Assembly: GCA_964291405.2 (NCBI GenBank)
Contig: OZ219926.1
Location: 448,001-512,000 of the forward strand
Direction of reading: 5' to 3'
Origin: Thermodesulfobacteriota bacterium
GTDB lineage: Bacteria > Desulfobacterota > Binatia > Bin18
Length of the DNA stretch: 64,000 nucleotides
A program made the position numbers and the translations under genes. The notes beneath the pieces are model-generated. The model was given only the letters and a program-made list of their open reading frames with translations, had not been told where the DNA came from and made no database searches. Each line of letters begins with the position of its first letter. Position 1 is the first letter of the stretch. This document shows positions 39,581 through 49,590 of this stretch, one piece after another.

Positions 39581-40885
39581 ATGGCGCAAAGCAGGGACAA
39601 CTGGTCGGGAACGCTGGGGTTCGTACTCGCCGCTATGGGGTCGGCGGTCGGCCTGGGCAATATCTGGCGCTTTCCGTCGGTCACCGGAGAATACGGTGGC
39701 GGCGCATTTATCCTGGTCTATCTGGGTTGTGTCATGGCAGTCGGCATCCCGATTATGACTGCCGAACTCCTCATCGGACGGGGCACGCAACGGAGTGCCG
39801 TTGGCGCATTTTCTACGCTGCGGCCAGGCTCGCCGTGGCCCATCACGGGCTGGCTCGCCGTGACGACCAGTTTTGTTTTGCTGTCCTACTATTCGGTCGT
39901 CGGCGGCTGGGTTCTGCATTACATTTTCTTATCTCTTGCCGATAGTTTTACCAGTCGATCAACGACAGAGATCGGACAACTCTTTGACTCGCTTTCAGTC
40001 GCTCCAGCCCTCCAAACGTTTTGGCATGCCGTTTTTATGGTCCTCACCATAGGGTTTGTCTCGCGCGGCGTCTCGCGTGGCATTGAGTGGGGCAATAAAA
40101 TCATGATGCCGGCCCTTTTCCTGATGCTCTGTTTCCTGCTGATCTATGCCCTCACGACCGATGGTGCCTCGGAAGGCATTGCTTTTTTATTGACGCCGGA
40201 TTGGGACAAGATTGGTCCCGAGGCGGTGCTTGCGGCCTTGGGACAAGCCTTTTTCTCACTGAGCATCGGCCTGGGGATGCTCATCACCTATGGGAGCTAT
40301 CTGCAACGCGACAGCAAGCTGCCCCGCTCCACTCTCTTCGTGGCGGCCAGTGACACCGGGATTGCACTCCTGGCCGGGTTTGTCATCTTTCCCCTGGTGT
40401 TTACCTTTCAACTGGAACCAAGTGATGGTCCGGCGCTTATTTTCAAGACACTCCCTACCGTATTCAGTCAGCTCCCATTCGGACAATTCCTCTCCGTCCT
40501 GTTCTTTTTGCTCCTCACCTTTGCGGCCTTAAGTTCTGCTATGGCCGGCCTGGAAGTTGTCGTCGCCTATTTTGTTGATGAGCGAGGCTGGGCTCGCGTG
40601 CCGGCCAGTTGGGGGCTGGGGGGCGTGATAGGGGCTCTGGGCATTTTCTCGGCCGTGAAAGGTGTCGGTCTGGCCGACACCATAGTCACGAGCTATTTGC
40701 TGCCCGTTAGTGGGCTACTGGTTGCCTTGTTTGCCGGCTGGTGGCTGACGCATCAGGAGCGGCAAGCGGAAGTCCCAGCCAGCGATCTGAGACCGGTCCT
40801 CTATCTGGGATGGGTCTTTCTGCTGCGCTTTGTGGCGCCTATTGCCGTGACGATTATTTTGTTGCAATCGATCGGATTGTTCTAG
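39581..40885 (+). CDS. Sodium-dependent transporter (NSS/SNF family)
   Basis: W....GFVLAA.GSAVGLGNIWRFP...GGGAF, GQAFFSLS.G.G..ITYGSY, GP.L.F.TLP. Confidence 0.95.
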   Translation: MAQSRDNWSGTLGFVLAAMGSAVGLGNIWRFPSVTGEYGGGAFILVYLGCVMAVGIPIMTAELLIGRGTQRSAVGAFSTLRPGSPWPITGWLAVTTSFVLLSYYSVVGGWVLHYIFLSLADSFTSRSTTEIGQLFDSLSVAPALQTFWHAVFMVLTIGFVSRGVSRGIEWGNKIMMPALFLMLCFLLIYALTTDGASEGIAFLLTPDWDKIGPEAVLAALGQAFFSLSIGLGMLITYGSYLQRDSKLPRSTLFVAASDTGIALLAGFVIFPLVFTFQLEPSDGPALIFKTLPTVFSQLPFGQFLSVLFFLLLTFAALSSAMAGLEVVVAYFVDERGWARVPASWGLGGVIGALGIFSAVKGVGLADTIVTSYLLPVSGLLVALFAGWWLTHQERQAEVPASDLRPVLYLGWVFLLRFVAPIAVTIILLQSIGLF

Positions 40886-40886
40886 C

Positions 40887-42101
40887 GTGGGTACGCACGA
40901 GACCGCGTGCTGCATCGTTGGTGGGGGTCCGGCCGGGGCCATGCTCGCCCTCCTGTTGGCGCGTCAGGACGTGCCGGTCACGCTACTTGAAAGCCACCTC
41001 AATTTTGACCGTGATTTTCGCGGCGATACGCTCCATCCGTCGGTCATGGAGATACTGGATTCGATTGGCCTGGCCGATCGTCTGTTGAGCCTGCGTCATT
41101 CCAAGATCGACCGCCTCTCTATCCAAACGCCCGAAGAGTCGCTCCAGTTGATCGACCTGCGCCGCCTCAAAACACCCTACCCGTATATCACCCTGATTCC
41201 CCAAGTCGATTTCCTGGACTTCATCACCGCCGAAGCAAAACGCTACCCCCACTTTCAGCTTCAGATGGGAGCCAATGTTCAGGATTTGGTCAAAGAGAAG
41301 GGTAGCATCCAGGGCGTTCGCTATCGGGCCGCGCATGGAGACTGGCACGAGGTCCGCGCTCAGCTCACGATTGGGGCGGACGGCCGTTTTTCTCGGCTGC
41401 GCCGCCTCGCCAAGCTGGAACCGCGGACGTCCCGGCCACCGATGGATATGCTGTGGTTCCGGTTGCCGCGGCAGTCGGACGACCCGATTGATGCCGGCGC
41501 GACGCTCCGTATTGGGCAGGGACGCCTGCTTGTTCTTCAGAACCGGTATACCTATTGGCAGATCGGCTATGCCATCCTTAAAGACAGCTATAGGCACGTC
41601 CGGGCCGCCGGTCTGGAAGCCCTGCAACGGTCCGTCAGCGAGCTCGTCCCCTGGGCTCACGACCGCGTGGACCAGCTCTCGAACTGGCAGGATATTGCCG
41701 TCCTGTCCGTTGGTGCCGACCGGCTGTCGCGGTGGTATCAAGCCGGCCTGCTGCTGATAGGCGACGCCGCCCATGTCATGTCTCCAGTCGGCGGTGTGGG
41801 CATTAACTATGCGATTCATGATGCCGTGGTCGCGGCAAATATTCTGGCTCAGCCCCTCCGGAGCCACACTGTCCAAGAGTGTCATCTGGCGGACATACAG
41901 CGGCAACGCGAGTGGCCAACACGCGTTATCCAGGCGTTTCAGGCGCAGATTCAGCAGCGCCTTATTGCCCCGGCATTACGCGGCAGCGCGTCGTTTCGGC
42001 TCCCCCTGTCCATACGGCTGGTCCCACGGATTCCGCTGCTGCGCACTATTCCCGCCGCGTTGATTGCCTTTGGACCCAAACGGGTTCGCGTAGCAGCATA
42101 G
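40887..42101 (+). CDS. FAD-dependent oxidoreductase (FAD_binding_3/UbiH-like)
   Basis: GGGPAG, RDFRGDT.HP, GADGRFS, IGDAAHVMSPVGGVGINYAI.DA. Confidence 0.9.
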   Translation: MGTHETACCIVGGGPAGAMLALLLARQDVPVTLLESHLNFDRDFRGDTLHPSVMEILDSIGLADRLLSLRHSKIDRLSIQTPEESLQLIDLRRLKTPYPYITLIPQVDFLDFITAEAKRYPHFQLQMGANVQDLVKEKGSIQGVRYRAAHGDWHEVRAQLTIGADGRFSRLRRLAKLEPRTSRPPMDMLWFRLPRQSDDPIDAGATLRIGQGRLLVLQNRYTYWQIGYAILKDSYRHVRAAGLEALQRSVSELVPWAHDRVDQLSNWQDIAVLSVGADRLSRWYQAGLLLIGDAAHVMSPVGGVGINYAIHDAVVAANILAQPLRSHTVQECHLADIQRQREWPTRVIQAFQAQIQQRLIAPALRGSASFRLPLSIRLVPRIPLLRTIPAALIAFGPKRVRVAA

Positions 42102-42233
42102 ACGCGGCACAGGGCGCCGTTTCCCCGCATGAGTTGGCCGTGATATCACTATGATTACCAGAGCCCTGCTTATGGCTGATGCACACCCGACCAGTAGACC
42201 GCTTTGTCTGGGCTGAGGGAGTGAGGAGGAGTC

Positions 42234-43037
42234 ATGGATTGGAATGCCCTGATAGCGGCGACGCTCACCATCTATAGACGCGCGACAAGAGAGACGGTCG
42301 AGAAACTCGGAAAAGGCTGGTGGATCGCCCTCCTGCCCTTGGTGTACACGCCGCTCATCATTCTTGCGGCAACCTTTTTTGGGCGGATGGGTTTTGTCGG
42401 AGGACTCCTGGTTGGACTGGTCATGGTCCTGTGTACCAGCTCGTACTTATATTTTATTGACGGCGTTGTGCACGGCCAACGCGTTCAGCCACAAGAGTTA
42501 CTCGATAGTTGGCGGCCCCACTTTGGCTCGGTTATCAGCATTCTGTTCTTCCTGATGTTGGTCCGCCTGCTGTTCTCGATGCTGCCCGGCGGGGCTGGCT
42601 CTCAGGCCCTGTATGTGCTCGTCCACCTCATTCTCCCGATCCTGCTCAGCCCGGTCACAGAGGTCATCTACCAAGGCCGAACCGACGGATGGGCCATGAT
42701 CCAGGAGAGCGTTGAGTTTCTGCGTGAAAGTGGTGTGGAGTGGTTTGTGCCCTTGGTTGGGCTGGTGGTGGTGGTGTCGGTTCTCGGCGGTTTACCGCCC
42801 ATTGCCCTGGCTTCGTCGCTCTTCTTTCCGCTCGATATTCTGGCCATGCCCATGCAGATTGGTCGATCAATGCTGCTGCCCCTTGGCATCGGGTTTTGGA
42901 ATTCGGCGGCGGAGATTATCTGGGCCGCAGGCTGTTCTTTTTTCCTCTACGTGGTCATGGTTTTTCGCGGCCTGTTGTTTCGGGCGCTCGCCGGTGGGAC
43001 CCGCCGGCAGCGTATTTTCCGTTCCCGCCTGGACTAG
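42234..43037 (+). CDS. Hypothetical integral membrane protein
   Basis: GAGGAG RBS; about six hydrophobic segments; basic C-terminus FRG.LF..L....RRQR.F. Confidence 0.75.
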   Translation: MDWNALIAATLTIYRRATRETVEKLGKGWWIALLPLVYTPLIILAATFFGRMGFVGGLLVGLVMVLCTSSYLYFIDGVVHGQRVQPQELLDSWRPHFGSVISILFFLMLVRLLFSMLPGGAGSQALYVLVHLILPILLSPVTEVIYQGRTDGWAMIQESVEFLRESGVEWFVPLVGLVVVVSVLGGLPPIALASSLFFPLDILAMPMQIGRSMLLPLGIGFWNSAAEIIWAAGCSFFLYVVMVFRGLLFRALAGGTRRQRIFRSRLD

Positions 43038-43046
43038 AAACAAGCC

Positions 43047-43763
43047 TTACTCAATGGGGCCGAGTTCTATCTCTTCTAATATCTCCTCTTCTTCAGGACT
43101 GAGTTCGACATCTTCTAGGCCATAGTCTTCTGCAAGGTCGGAGTCCAGGTCCTCCTCTAAGGCGCTGAATTCCGTTTCCTCAAATTCGTCCTGCTCTTCC
43201 AACTCGGCTTCGTCTCTTTCTTCAAAGTCTTCGCCTAAGGCCTCTTCCAAAGGGCTCCATTCCGTTCCGTCTTCTACAGTCTCAAGGGTCTCATCCGCCT
43301 CTCCCGTCCATTCGGCAATAGATGCTAGCAAGGGCCTGGCCAGAGCGGTCGGAATGCCATAGGCGGCTTCGGGCCCGGGCTTGCCCATGGTCACATAGGA
43401 CGCCTCGTCATCGTCTTTTACTTTGAAGAACACTCCGGACATGATCCTGCGCCCGCCGACAAACTGAATCGTCTCAACGCGGAAAAACTTCCCGGTTACC
43501 TCACCGTTGATATTTCTCTGGTCCCCCATGGCGCTGACTTCCCAGCCGTTTTCCGACGCCACGTCCCGAAACAGCATGAGCGCCATTTGTGGCGAGACGT
43601 TCAGATTCAGTTTCTCACCAGCCTTGATCCGCTCTTCTTTTTTCGGCTCTACACCTGGAATGATGGCTGACACGGATGACACTGTTGATTTCACAGAGCC
43701 ACAGCTCACGAGGCCGAGGAAGCTCAGGCTAACCGCCCAGACGACATTGCGCGTTATTTTCAT
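43047..43763 (-). CDS. Hypothetical lipoprotein with acidic C-terminal tail
   Basis: MKITRNVVWAVSLSFLGLVSC lipobox-like N-terminus; E/D-rich last ~75 aa. Confidence 0.7.
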   Translation of the reverse strand: MKITRNVVWAVSLSFLGLVSCGSVKSTVSSVSAIIPGVEPKKEERIKAGEKLNLNVSPQMALMLFRDVASENGWEVSAMGDQRNINGEVTGKFFRVETIQFVGGRRIMSGVFFKVKDDDEASYVTMGKPGPEAAYGIPTALARPLLASIAEWTGEADETLETVEDGTEWSPLEEALGEDFEERDEAELEEQDEFEETEFSALEEDLDSDLAEDYGLEDVELSPEEEEILEEIELGPIE

Positions 43764-43795
43764 GACCGCTTTTCCTCTCACATGAGAGCTGATGC

Positions 43796-44671
43796 TTATA
43801 CGTGTTGGGCCCGCTCAACAATAGGCGCGAGTTGCTTAACGGCTTCAACGCCATTGCGAAAGGCAGCTTGAGCCGCAGCCAGTATCACTCGGGTGACGCC
43901 AGCTTCCTGGTAGTGTTTGAGCGTATCGCCATCCAGGCCGCCTTCGGGCGAGGAGAGCAGGAGAACCGAGAATTCAAGGGCTTCGGGGTCACGACCAGCC
44001 TCCCGGGCCAGTTGTTTGATGACCGGAATGTCTTCCTTGGCCTGCTCGGGCGTGAGCCCCCCAGGGCACCAACCATCGGCATAGCGGGCCACCCGCTTGA
44101 GCGCGTAGCGTCGATCATGCGCGCCGAGAAAGATCGGCGGAGTAGGCTTTTGAACCGGCTTGGGAAAAAGTTTGACCGACGGAAAGCGGACAAACTCGCC
44201 ATCATAGCTGGCTTCCTCCTTGGTCCACAGCTCTCGCAGGGCTTCCACCGATTCACGCAGGTGTTGCCAGCGTTTGGGAAACTGCACGCCCATAATTGCG
44301 GCTTCCTCAGGGAGCCAGCCGGCTCCGACCCCGAAGAGGAGCCGTCCGTTCGAGTACAGATCAATACTCGCCGCAGCCTTTGCCGTCGTGATGGTGTTCC
44401 GTTCCGGCAAGAGGCAAATCCCCGTCCCCAGACGAATCGTCTGTGTCGCCTGCGCAGCTGCCGCCAAGGCCACAAACGGGTCAATCAGATGTGCGTAGAA
44501 TTCAGGGATTTTCCCATCCGGCGAGCGGGGGTAATAGGTCGTAGAGTGTGTCGGTATGACTAGATGCTCGGCAACCCAAAACGACTCAAACCCGAGACGC
44601 TCGGCCTCCTGGGCAATATTCCCCGGCTCTCCGGACTGTTCGGTTAAAAAAGCGAGCACCCCGATCTGCAT
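43796..44671 (-). CDS. LLM class (probably F420-dependent) oxidoreductase
   Basis: AERLGFESFWVAEHLVIP, DPFVALAAAA..T..IRLGTGI, GVGAGW..EE, PKPVQKP.PP. Confidence 0.9.
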   Translation of the reverse strand: MQIGVLAFLTEQSGEPGNIAQEAERLGFESFWVAEHLVIPTHSTTYYPRSPDGKIPEFYAHLIDPFVALAAAAQATQTIRLGTGICLLPERNTITTAKAAASIDLYSNGRLLFGVGAGWLPEEAAIMGVQFPKRWQHLRESVEALRELWTKEEASYDGEFVRFPSVKLFPKPVQKPTPPIFLGAHDRRYALKRVARYADGWCPGGLTPEQAKEDIPVIKQLAREAGRDPEALEFSVLLLSSPEGGLDGDTLKHYQEAGVTRVILAAAQAAFRNGVEAVKQLAPIVERAQHV

Positions 44672-44792
44672 GACTAGCCTCCCTTACCTTGTGTCAGTTT
44701 TTCTGTAAAAATTTGACCTTAGTAGGAAATGGCCAGAGACTCAATTGCGGCATTCATCCCACCACTCACAACGTAGTTTTTCTTTTCCCTGT

Positions 44793-46868
44793 ATGCAGCA
44801 CCGTATTCGCTTTTTCTCTCTTTGTCTGCTGTGTTTCATCGGCAGTTCAGCCCTCGTCTGGTCTCAAGACAACGCTGACGTTTCCCCCTCCGCAGACGTA
44901 TCGCCCTCCTCTGTCTTTCTGCCCGGCTACCACGCGTTTCAAAACAAAGACTGGGAGACTGCTCGCGCGGCCTTTGAACACGTACAGCAGCACGAGCCTC
45001 TGCTGGCCGATTACAGCTTGTATTTTTTAGGGGAACTCCATCTCAAGGCTGGTAGCCCGGTGGAAGCGCGCGCTGTCTTCGAGCAGCTTTTGGACGAGCA
45101 CCCGACGACGATCTGGCAGAGCAACGCAGCCCTGGCCTTAGCCCGGCTCACCTTTGTAGAAGAGCGGTGGAAACGCACCCTGGCCCATGCCAAGCAAGCG
45201 CAACAAGCTCCGCTAGTGACCGACGCGGTTCGGCATCAATGCACACTCCTCATTGCCCAAGTCTACGAACGACAGGGGAAGCAGTCTCTCGCCTATCAAC
45301 GCTATCAAGCCCTGCGGGCAAGCGCGCCACGGACGGCAGTCGGGACAACAGCCAAAGCCCGAGTCGCCGCGCTTCGAGAGCAGTACCCGGAGGATTTTCC
45401 ACTCCGGACGGCACGGGCGTATTACGACGAGACCAGGTTGTTAGTGAAGGAGGAAGATATTGAAACGGCACGAAACCTCGCCGAACAGTTTCAGACGCGC
45501 TTCTCCACCAGCAGCCTGAGACCGGCCGGCCTGCTCTTACTCGCCGGGCTCTATAAAAACCTGGGACAACGAGAGGCAGCCATCGCACAGTGGCAGGAGG
45601 TTGTCGAACGCTATCCAAACACTCCATTTGCCCCCAAAGCCCTATACCGCTGGGCACGGTTTTTCTGGAATCAAGACGAAGACGACGCGGCCCTATTGCT
45701 CTTCAAGCGGCTGACCAAAGCGTATCCACGCCACGACCTAGCCGCAGAGGCGTGGAATGCCATGGGGCGTATCTTTCAATCCAAGCAGGACAATGCCAGC
45801 GCGGCTGCGGCCTATCAACACCTCAGACAAAAGTTCTCTCGCACGCCATTGGCCCTTGAAGCGCACTGGCGCCAAGGCTGGATGGCCTATAGCCAGGGGA
45901 AGTATCAAACCGCGCAGAAGATATTTCAAAAACTCGCGCAGTCTGTGCCCGGAACCGTCGAAGGCATACGCGCCCTGTACTGGCAGGCGCGCGCAACCGG
46001 GCGCTTAGGTCAATCCGAGAAAGCGGCCACCATGTATCGACGGCTCCTGCGTCGCTATCCGCATGGCTATTATGCGCTGTGGGCGGAAAAGCGCCTGGGC
46101 ACAACGCTATCGGCCCTTCCCCTCAAGACTCCGCCGGTCTCCCCTACCCCTCGCCTCTCTACGATCCAGAACGCACACTATCAGCGCTACACCACCCTCG
46201 TGGACCTCGGACTCCTAGACCTGGCGCGTCGTGAGCTCGACTTCGTCCGCCACCACGCACGAAGGGGAGCGTCCTGGACAAAATTTTTTATCCCCGAGTA
46301 TCAGCGCGTCAATGACTATACCTCGGTGTTTCGGTTGCTGCCGCAGCTGAACCTGCGTAGCGCGGCTAGGCAGGCCTATCTCTACCCACAAGCCTATTGG
46401 AACTTCGTCCTCACACACGCCGAAAAAAAGGACCTCGATCCCTATCTCATTATTTCCCTCATTCGACAGGAAAGTCTGTTTGACGCAGCAGCAGTCTCAC
46501 GGGCGAACGCTTATGGACTGATGCAGCTACTACCAACAACTGCGGCTAGACTCACCGACTTGCCGCTGAACGGTGGGAGCGCTTTAACCGACCCGGCACT
46601 CAATATTCATCTCGGGACAACCTATCTACGGGGTCTCTTGGAGCGCTATCAGGGGAGTCTTATTTTAGCTTTAGGTGCCTACAATGCCGGCGAAAGGGCG
46701 GCTGACAAATGGCTCGCGCGATTTGGAGAGCTGGAACCGGACGAGTTTGTCGAGAACATCAGTTACGGCGAGACACGCCGCTATGTGAAGCTGGTCCTGC
46801 GCAATTATCGAACGTATGTGCAGATGTACGGGAATGGAGCAACGGTCACTGATATCCGTTTGCCTTAA
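44793..46868 (+). CDS. slt: Soluble lytic transglycosylase (Slt-type) with TPR repeats
   Basis: Signal peptide, TPR-like helices, IRQES.F...A.S..NAYGLMQL.P.TA, AYNAG, ETR.YV. Confidence 0.9.
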   Translation: MQHRIRFFSLCLLCFIGSSALVWSQDNADVSPSADVSPSSVFLPGYHAFQNKDWETARAAFEHVQQHEPLLADYSLYFLGELHLKAGSPVEARAVFEQLLDEHPTTIWQSNAALALARLTFVEERWKRTLAHAKQAQQAPLVTDAVRHQCTLLIAQVYERQGKQSLAYQRYQALRASAPRTAVGTTAKARVAALREQYPEDFPLRTARAYYDETRLLVKEEDIETARNLAEQFQTRFSTSSLRPAGLLLLAGLYKNLGQREAAIAQWQEVVERYPNTPFAPKALYRWARFFWNQDEDDAALLLFKRLTKAYPRHDLAAEAWNAMGRIFQSKQDNASAAAAYQHLRQKFSRTPLALEAHWRQGWMAYSQGKYQTAQKIFQKLAQSVPGTVEGIRALYWQARATGRLGQSEKAATMYRRLLRRYPHGYYALWAEKRLGTTLSALPLKTPPVSPTPRLSTIQNAHYQRYTTLVDLGLLDLARRELDFVRHHARRGASWTKFFIPEYQRVNDYTSVFRLLPQLNLRSAARQAYLYPQAYWNFVLTHAEKKDLDPYLIISLIRQESLFDAAAVSRANAYGLMQLLPTTAARLTDLPLNGGSALTDPALNIHLGTTYLRGLLERYQGSLILALGAYNAGERAADKWLARFGELEPDEFVENISYGETRRYVKLVLRNYRTYVQMYGNGATVTDIRLP

Positions 46869-48301
46869 CCGTCCTGCAACGTCGTGAGGAGCTTACGTGG
46901 CAGCCCCCCAAATGCGCCGTTCGACATCACCAGTACGACATCACCAGCCCGGCACTCCGCGGTGAGGCGTAGACGAATATCCTGCACGCTGCCGCCGGCC
47001 TGGGCATATTTGCCACGGGCTTGGAGGTCGGCGACGAGTTCGGCCGGCGCGAACAGGTCAGCGGTGGCAAGCGGGTCTTGCGGTTTGGTAAACACCGGGC
47101 CAAGCAGGATGCGGTCGGCGCGCCCAAGTGCCTCGGTCAGGGGTTTTTGAAAGATCTTTCTCCGACACGTATTGGAGCGCGGCTCGAAGACGGCCCAGAC
47201 CCGGCGTCCAGGATAACGCAGTTGGACGGCTTCGATCGCCACAGTGACGGCAGTGGGATGATGCGCAAAGTCGTCAATAATCGTAATTCCTTTGGCTTCC
47301 CCGACCAACTCCTGGCGACGCTCAACCCCGAGAAAGCTAGCCATACCAGGGGCAACCTCATGGGCGGACAAGCCAATCATCGAAGCCAAGGCACTCACCC
47401 CCAAGGCATTCCGCACATTCATGCGCCCCATCAGCGGGCAGGTAAAATGCCCCCAGGCGTGTTGGCCTCGCGTAATCGTAAAAGCCAGTTGACGACCGTC
47501 GTCCCGGATGTCGTGCGCCTGCCAGTCAGCCTGCTCGTTTAAACCAAACGTCACAAACGGTTTGCCTATCGCTCGCGCGACGTGCAGAAGCTCCGGGAAA
47601 TCGTTACAAGCGACAATTGGGGCTCCTAACGGGAGGAGCTCAAGCAGACGTTGAAAGGCCGCTTTAATCTGGTCGAGGTCCTGATAAATGTCGGCATGGT
47701 CAAATTCAATGGCATTCAGGAGAACCGCTTGAGGGCGGTAGTGCAGGAATTTCGGGCCCTTATCAAAAAAGGCCGAGTCATATTCGTCGCCCTCAATTAC
47801 AAAATCTCGGCCGCTACCCAGACAATAGCCCCGGCCAAAATTCCGGCTGATTCCACCAACCAGCAGGCCTGGGGACTGACCAGCCTGGGCTAAGACCCAG
47901 GCTAACAGCGCCGTTGATGTGGTCTTGCCATGCGTTCCAGCGACAACCAACGGGCGTTTGTCAGCAAGAAAGAAGGCACCGACCGCCTGGGGGAAAGAGA
48001 TATAGGGGATGTTCGTGTCTAATAAGGCTGCGACTTCGGGGTTCGTGCGGGAGACCGCATTTCCCACAACGACGAGGTCTGGCGCGGGGCTCAGATTCTC
48101 CCCTTGATAGCCCTGGATAACGGGGATGTCGGCGTGAGCGAGAAAGTCGCTCATCGGAGGATAGATTTCCCGGTCCGAGCCGGTCACCCGATAGCCGCGC
48201 TCTTTCAGCATGGCAGCCAGCGTTGCCATACCAACGCCGGCTATAGCGATACAATGGATGTGACGGATTCCCCTCAGGTCCGGTTCAGTGACATGCGGCA
48301 T
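46865..48301 (-). CDS. mpl: UDP-MurNAc:L-Ala-gamma-D-Glu-mDAP ligase (murein peptide ligase)
   Basis: IAGVGM..LA, YPPMS, GNAVSR.NPE, AGTHGKTT, IEGDEYDSAFFDKGPKF.HY, DDFAHHPTA, FEPRSNT, MSNGAFGG. Confidence 0.92.
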   Translation of the reverse strand: MPHVTEPDLRGIRHIHCIAIAGVGMATLAAMLKERGYRVTGSDREIYPPMSDFLAHADIPVIQGYQGENLSPAPDLVVVGNAVSRTNPEVAALLDTNIPYISFPQAVGAFFLADKRPLVVAGTHGKTTSTALLAWVLAQAGQSPGLLVGGISRNFGRGYCLGSGRDFVIEGDEYDSAFFDKGPKFLHYRPQAVLLNAIEFDHADIYQDLDQIKAAFQRLLELLPLGAPIVACNDFPELLHVARAIGKPFVTFGLNEQADWQAHDIRDDGRQLAFTITRGQHAWGHFTCPLMGRMNVRNALGVSALASMIGLSAHEVAPGMASFLGVERRQELVGEAKGITIIDDFAHHPTAVTVAIEAVQLRYPGRRVWAVFEPRSNTCRRKIFQKPLTEALGRADRILLGPVFTKPQDPLATADLFAPAELVADLQARGKYAQAGGSVQDIRLRLTAECRAGDVVLVMSNGAFGGLPRKLLTTLQDG

Positions 48302-48339
48302 ACCGGGCTCGGCTCACGCAGTCGTGTTCAGCCGACGAT

Positions 48340-49575
48340 TCACGAGGCTAAAGGGAGGGCTCCGGATTCTCCAGAGGCTGCTTCACCTTGCGTATCCGGA
48401 CGTCCTGTTGTCTCAGGCGCGGGCTCACTCGTCCTCTGTCTCTCGGCGTCAAGCAAAGCCTTCATGACGGCATTATGCAGGATGGGCCGAAAGGCGGTGA
48501 TCTTTTCGTTCTCCCGGCGTGGATGGACGCGGTTACTCAGCAGAATGATGTGGATGTTCCGCTCCAGATCGATCCACACCGAGGTTCCGGTAAAGCCTAA
48601 ATGGCCCATGGAGCGAGACGAGAAAAATTCGCCAGCACTTGACCCCTGCGGTGAGGGGGTGTCCCATCCACAGGCCCAGGTCGAATCCGGCACCGCGGTG
48701 TTCACGGTCCAAAAGTCGCGCACGACATCGGCGGGCAGAAAGGGATGGGCGCCAGCATGACATTCCACCAGAGTACTGACTAAGCGATCGACCTCATCAA
48801 TGGGCGCAAAGAGACCGGCATGGCCAGAGACGCCGCCCATGGCGTAGGCGTTGTCGTCGTGGACCTCCCCACACAAGATGCGTTCACGCCACGGACAGCG
48901 TTCGGTCGGAGCGATCATCTCGGTGGCCGTCTCATATCTTTTCTGGCGTAGCGTCTCGATATTAATAAACCCAATAGCCTGCAGGCCGAGCGGGCGATAA
49001 ATCTTATTCCAACAGTATTGGTCAAGACTCGTGCCACTCATATCTTCAATCAAGGCACCGAGCAGCATAAAGCCGAGGTCGCTATACAGCGCCCGCGCGC
49101 CCGGTTCATATTCAGCTTTTTCGCGCTGGATTTGGGCATAGATGAAATCCCGCGCGCTTTGTGAGCCTAGCGTCGCCAGTCGGGAGACCTTCTGTTTCTG
49201 CGCCCTGAGCTCTTTGTAGTATGGCCGCCAAGCTGGCAGCCCAGAGGAGTGAGAGAGGAGCTGCCGTACGGTCGTCGCCGTTTTGCCACACGTCCCAAAA
49301 TTCGGGAAAAAGCGGCTGATCCGATCATCGAGTCGGATTTTCTTTTCCGCCACGAAGCGCATCAGGGCCACTGTGGTTGCCAGCGGCTTAGTGAGTGAAG
49401 CCAGATCAAAAACCGTATCTTCGCTGAGCGGCGTGCGCTCAGGCTCCAGGCTCCGATATCCGTGCGCCTTGCGATAGACGACCTCTCCGTCTTGCCTGAC
49501 TAAGACGACAGCTCCAGGAAATGTCCCATCTCGCACCGCCTCTTCTAACACCACATCCACCGCCGAGAAGTCCAT
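48340..49575 (-). CDS. Serine hydrolase, beta-lactamase/AmpC-like family (possibly AmiE-like)
   Basis: FDLASLTK (SxxK), LL.HSSGL, YSDLG, GEVHDDNA, GHAGLF, GHLGFTGT, NRVHP. Confidence 0.88.
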   Translation of the reverse strand: MDFSAVDVVLEEAVRDGTFPGAVVLVRQDGEVVYRKAHGYRSLEPERTPLSEDTVFDLASLTKPLATTVALMRFVAEKKIRLDDRISRFFPNFGTCGKTATTVRQLLSHSSGLPAWRPYYKELRAQKQKVSRLATLGSQSARDFIYAQIQREKAEYEPGARALYSDLGFMLLGALIEDMSGTSLDQYCWNKIYRPLGLQAIGFINIETLRQKRYETATEMIAPTERCPWRERILCGEVHDDNAYAMGGVSGHAGLFAPIDEVDRLVSTLVECHAGAHPFLPADVVRDFWTVNTAVPDSTWACGWDTPSPQGSSAGEFFSSRSMGHLGFTGTSVWIDLERNIHIILLSNRVHPRRENEKITAFRPILHNAVMKALLDAERQRTSEPAPETTGRPDTQGEAASGESGALPLAS

Positions 49576-49590
49576 CTTCCCTCCCTCCGC

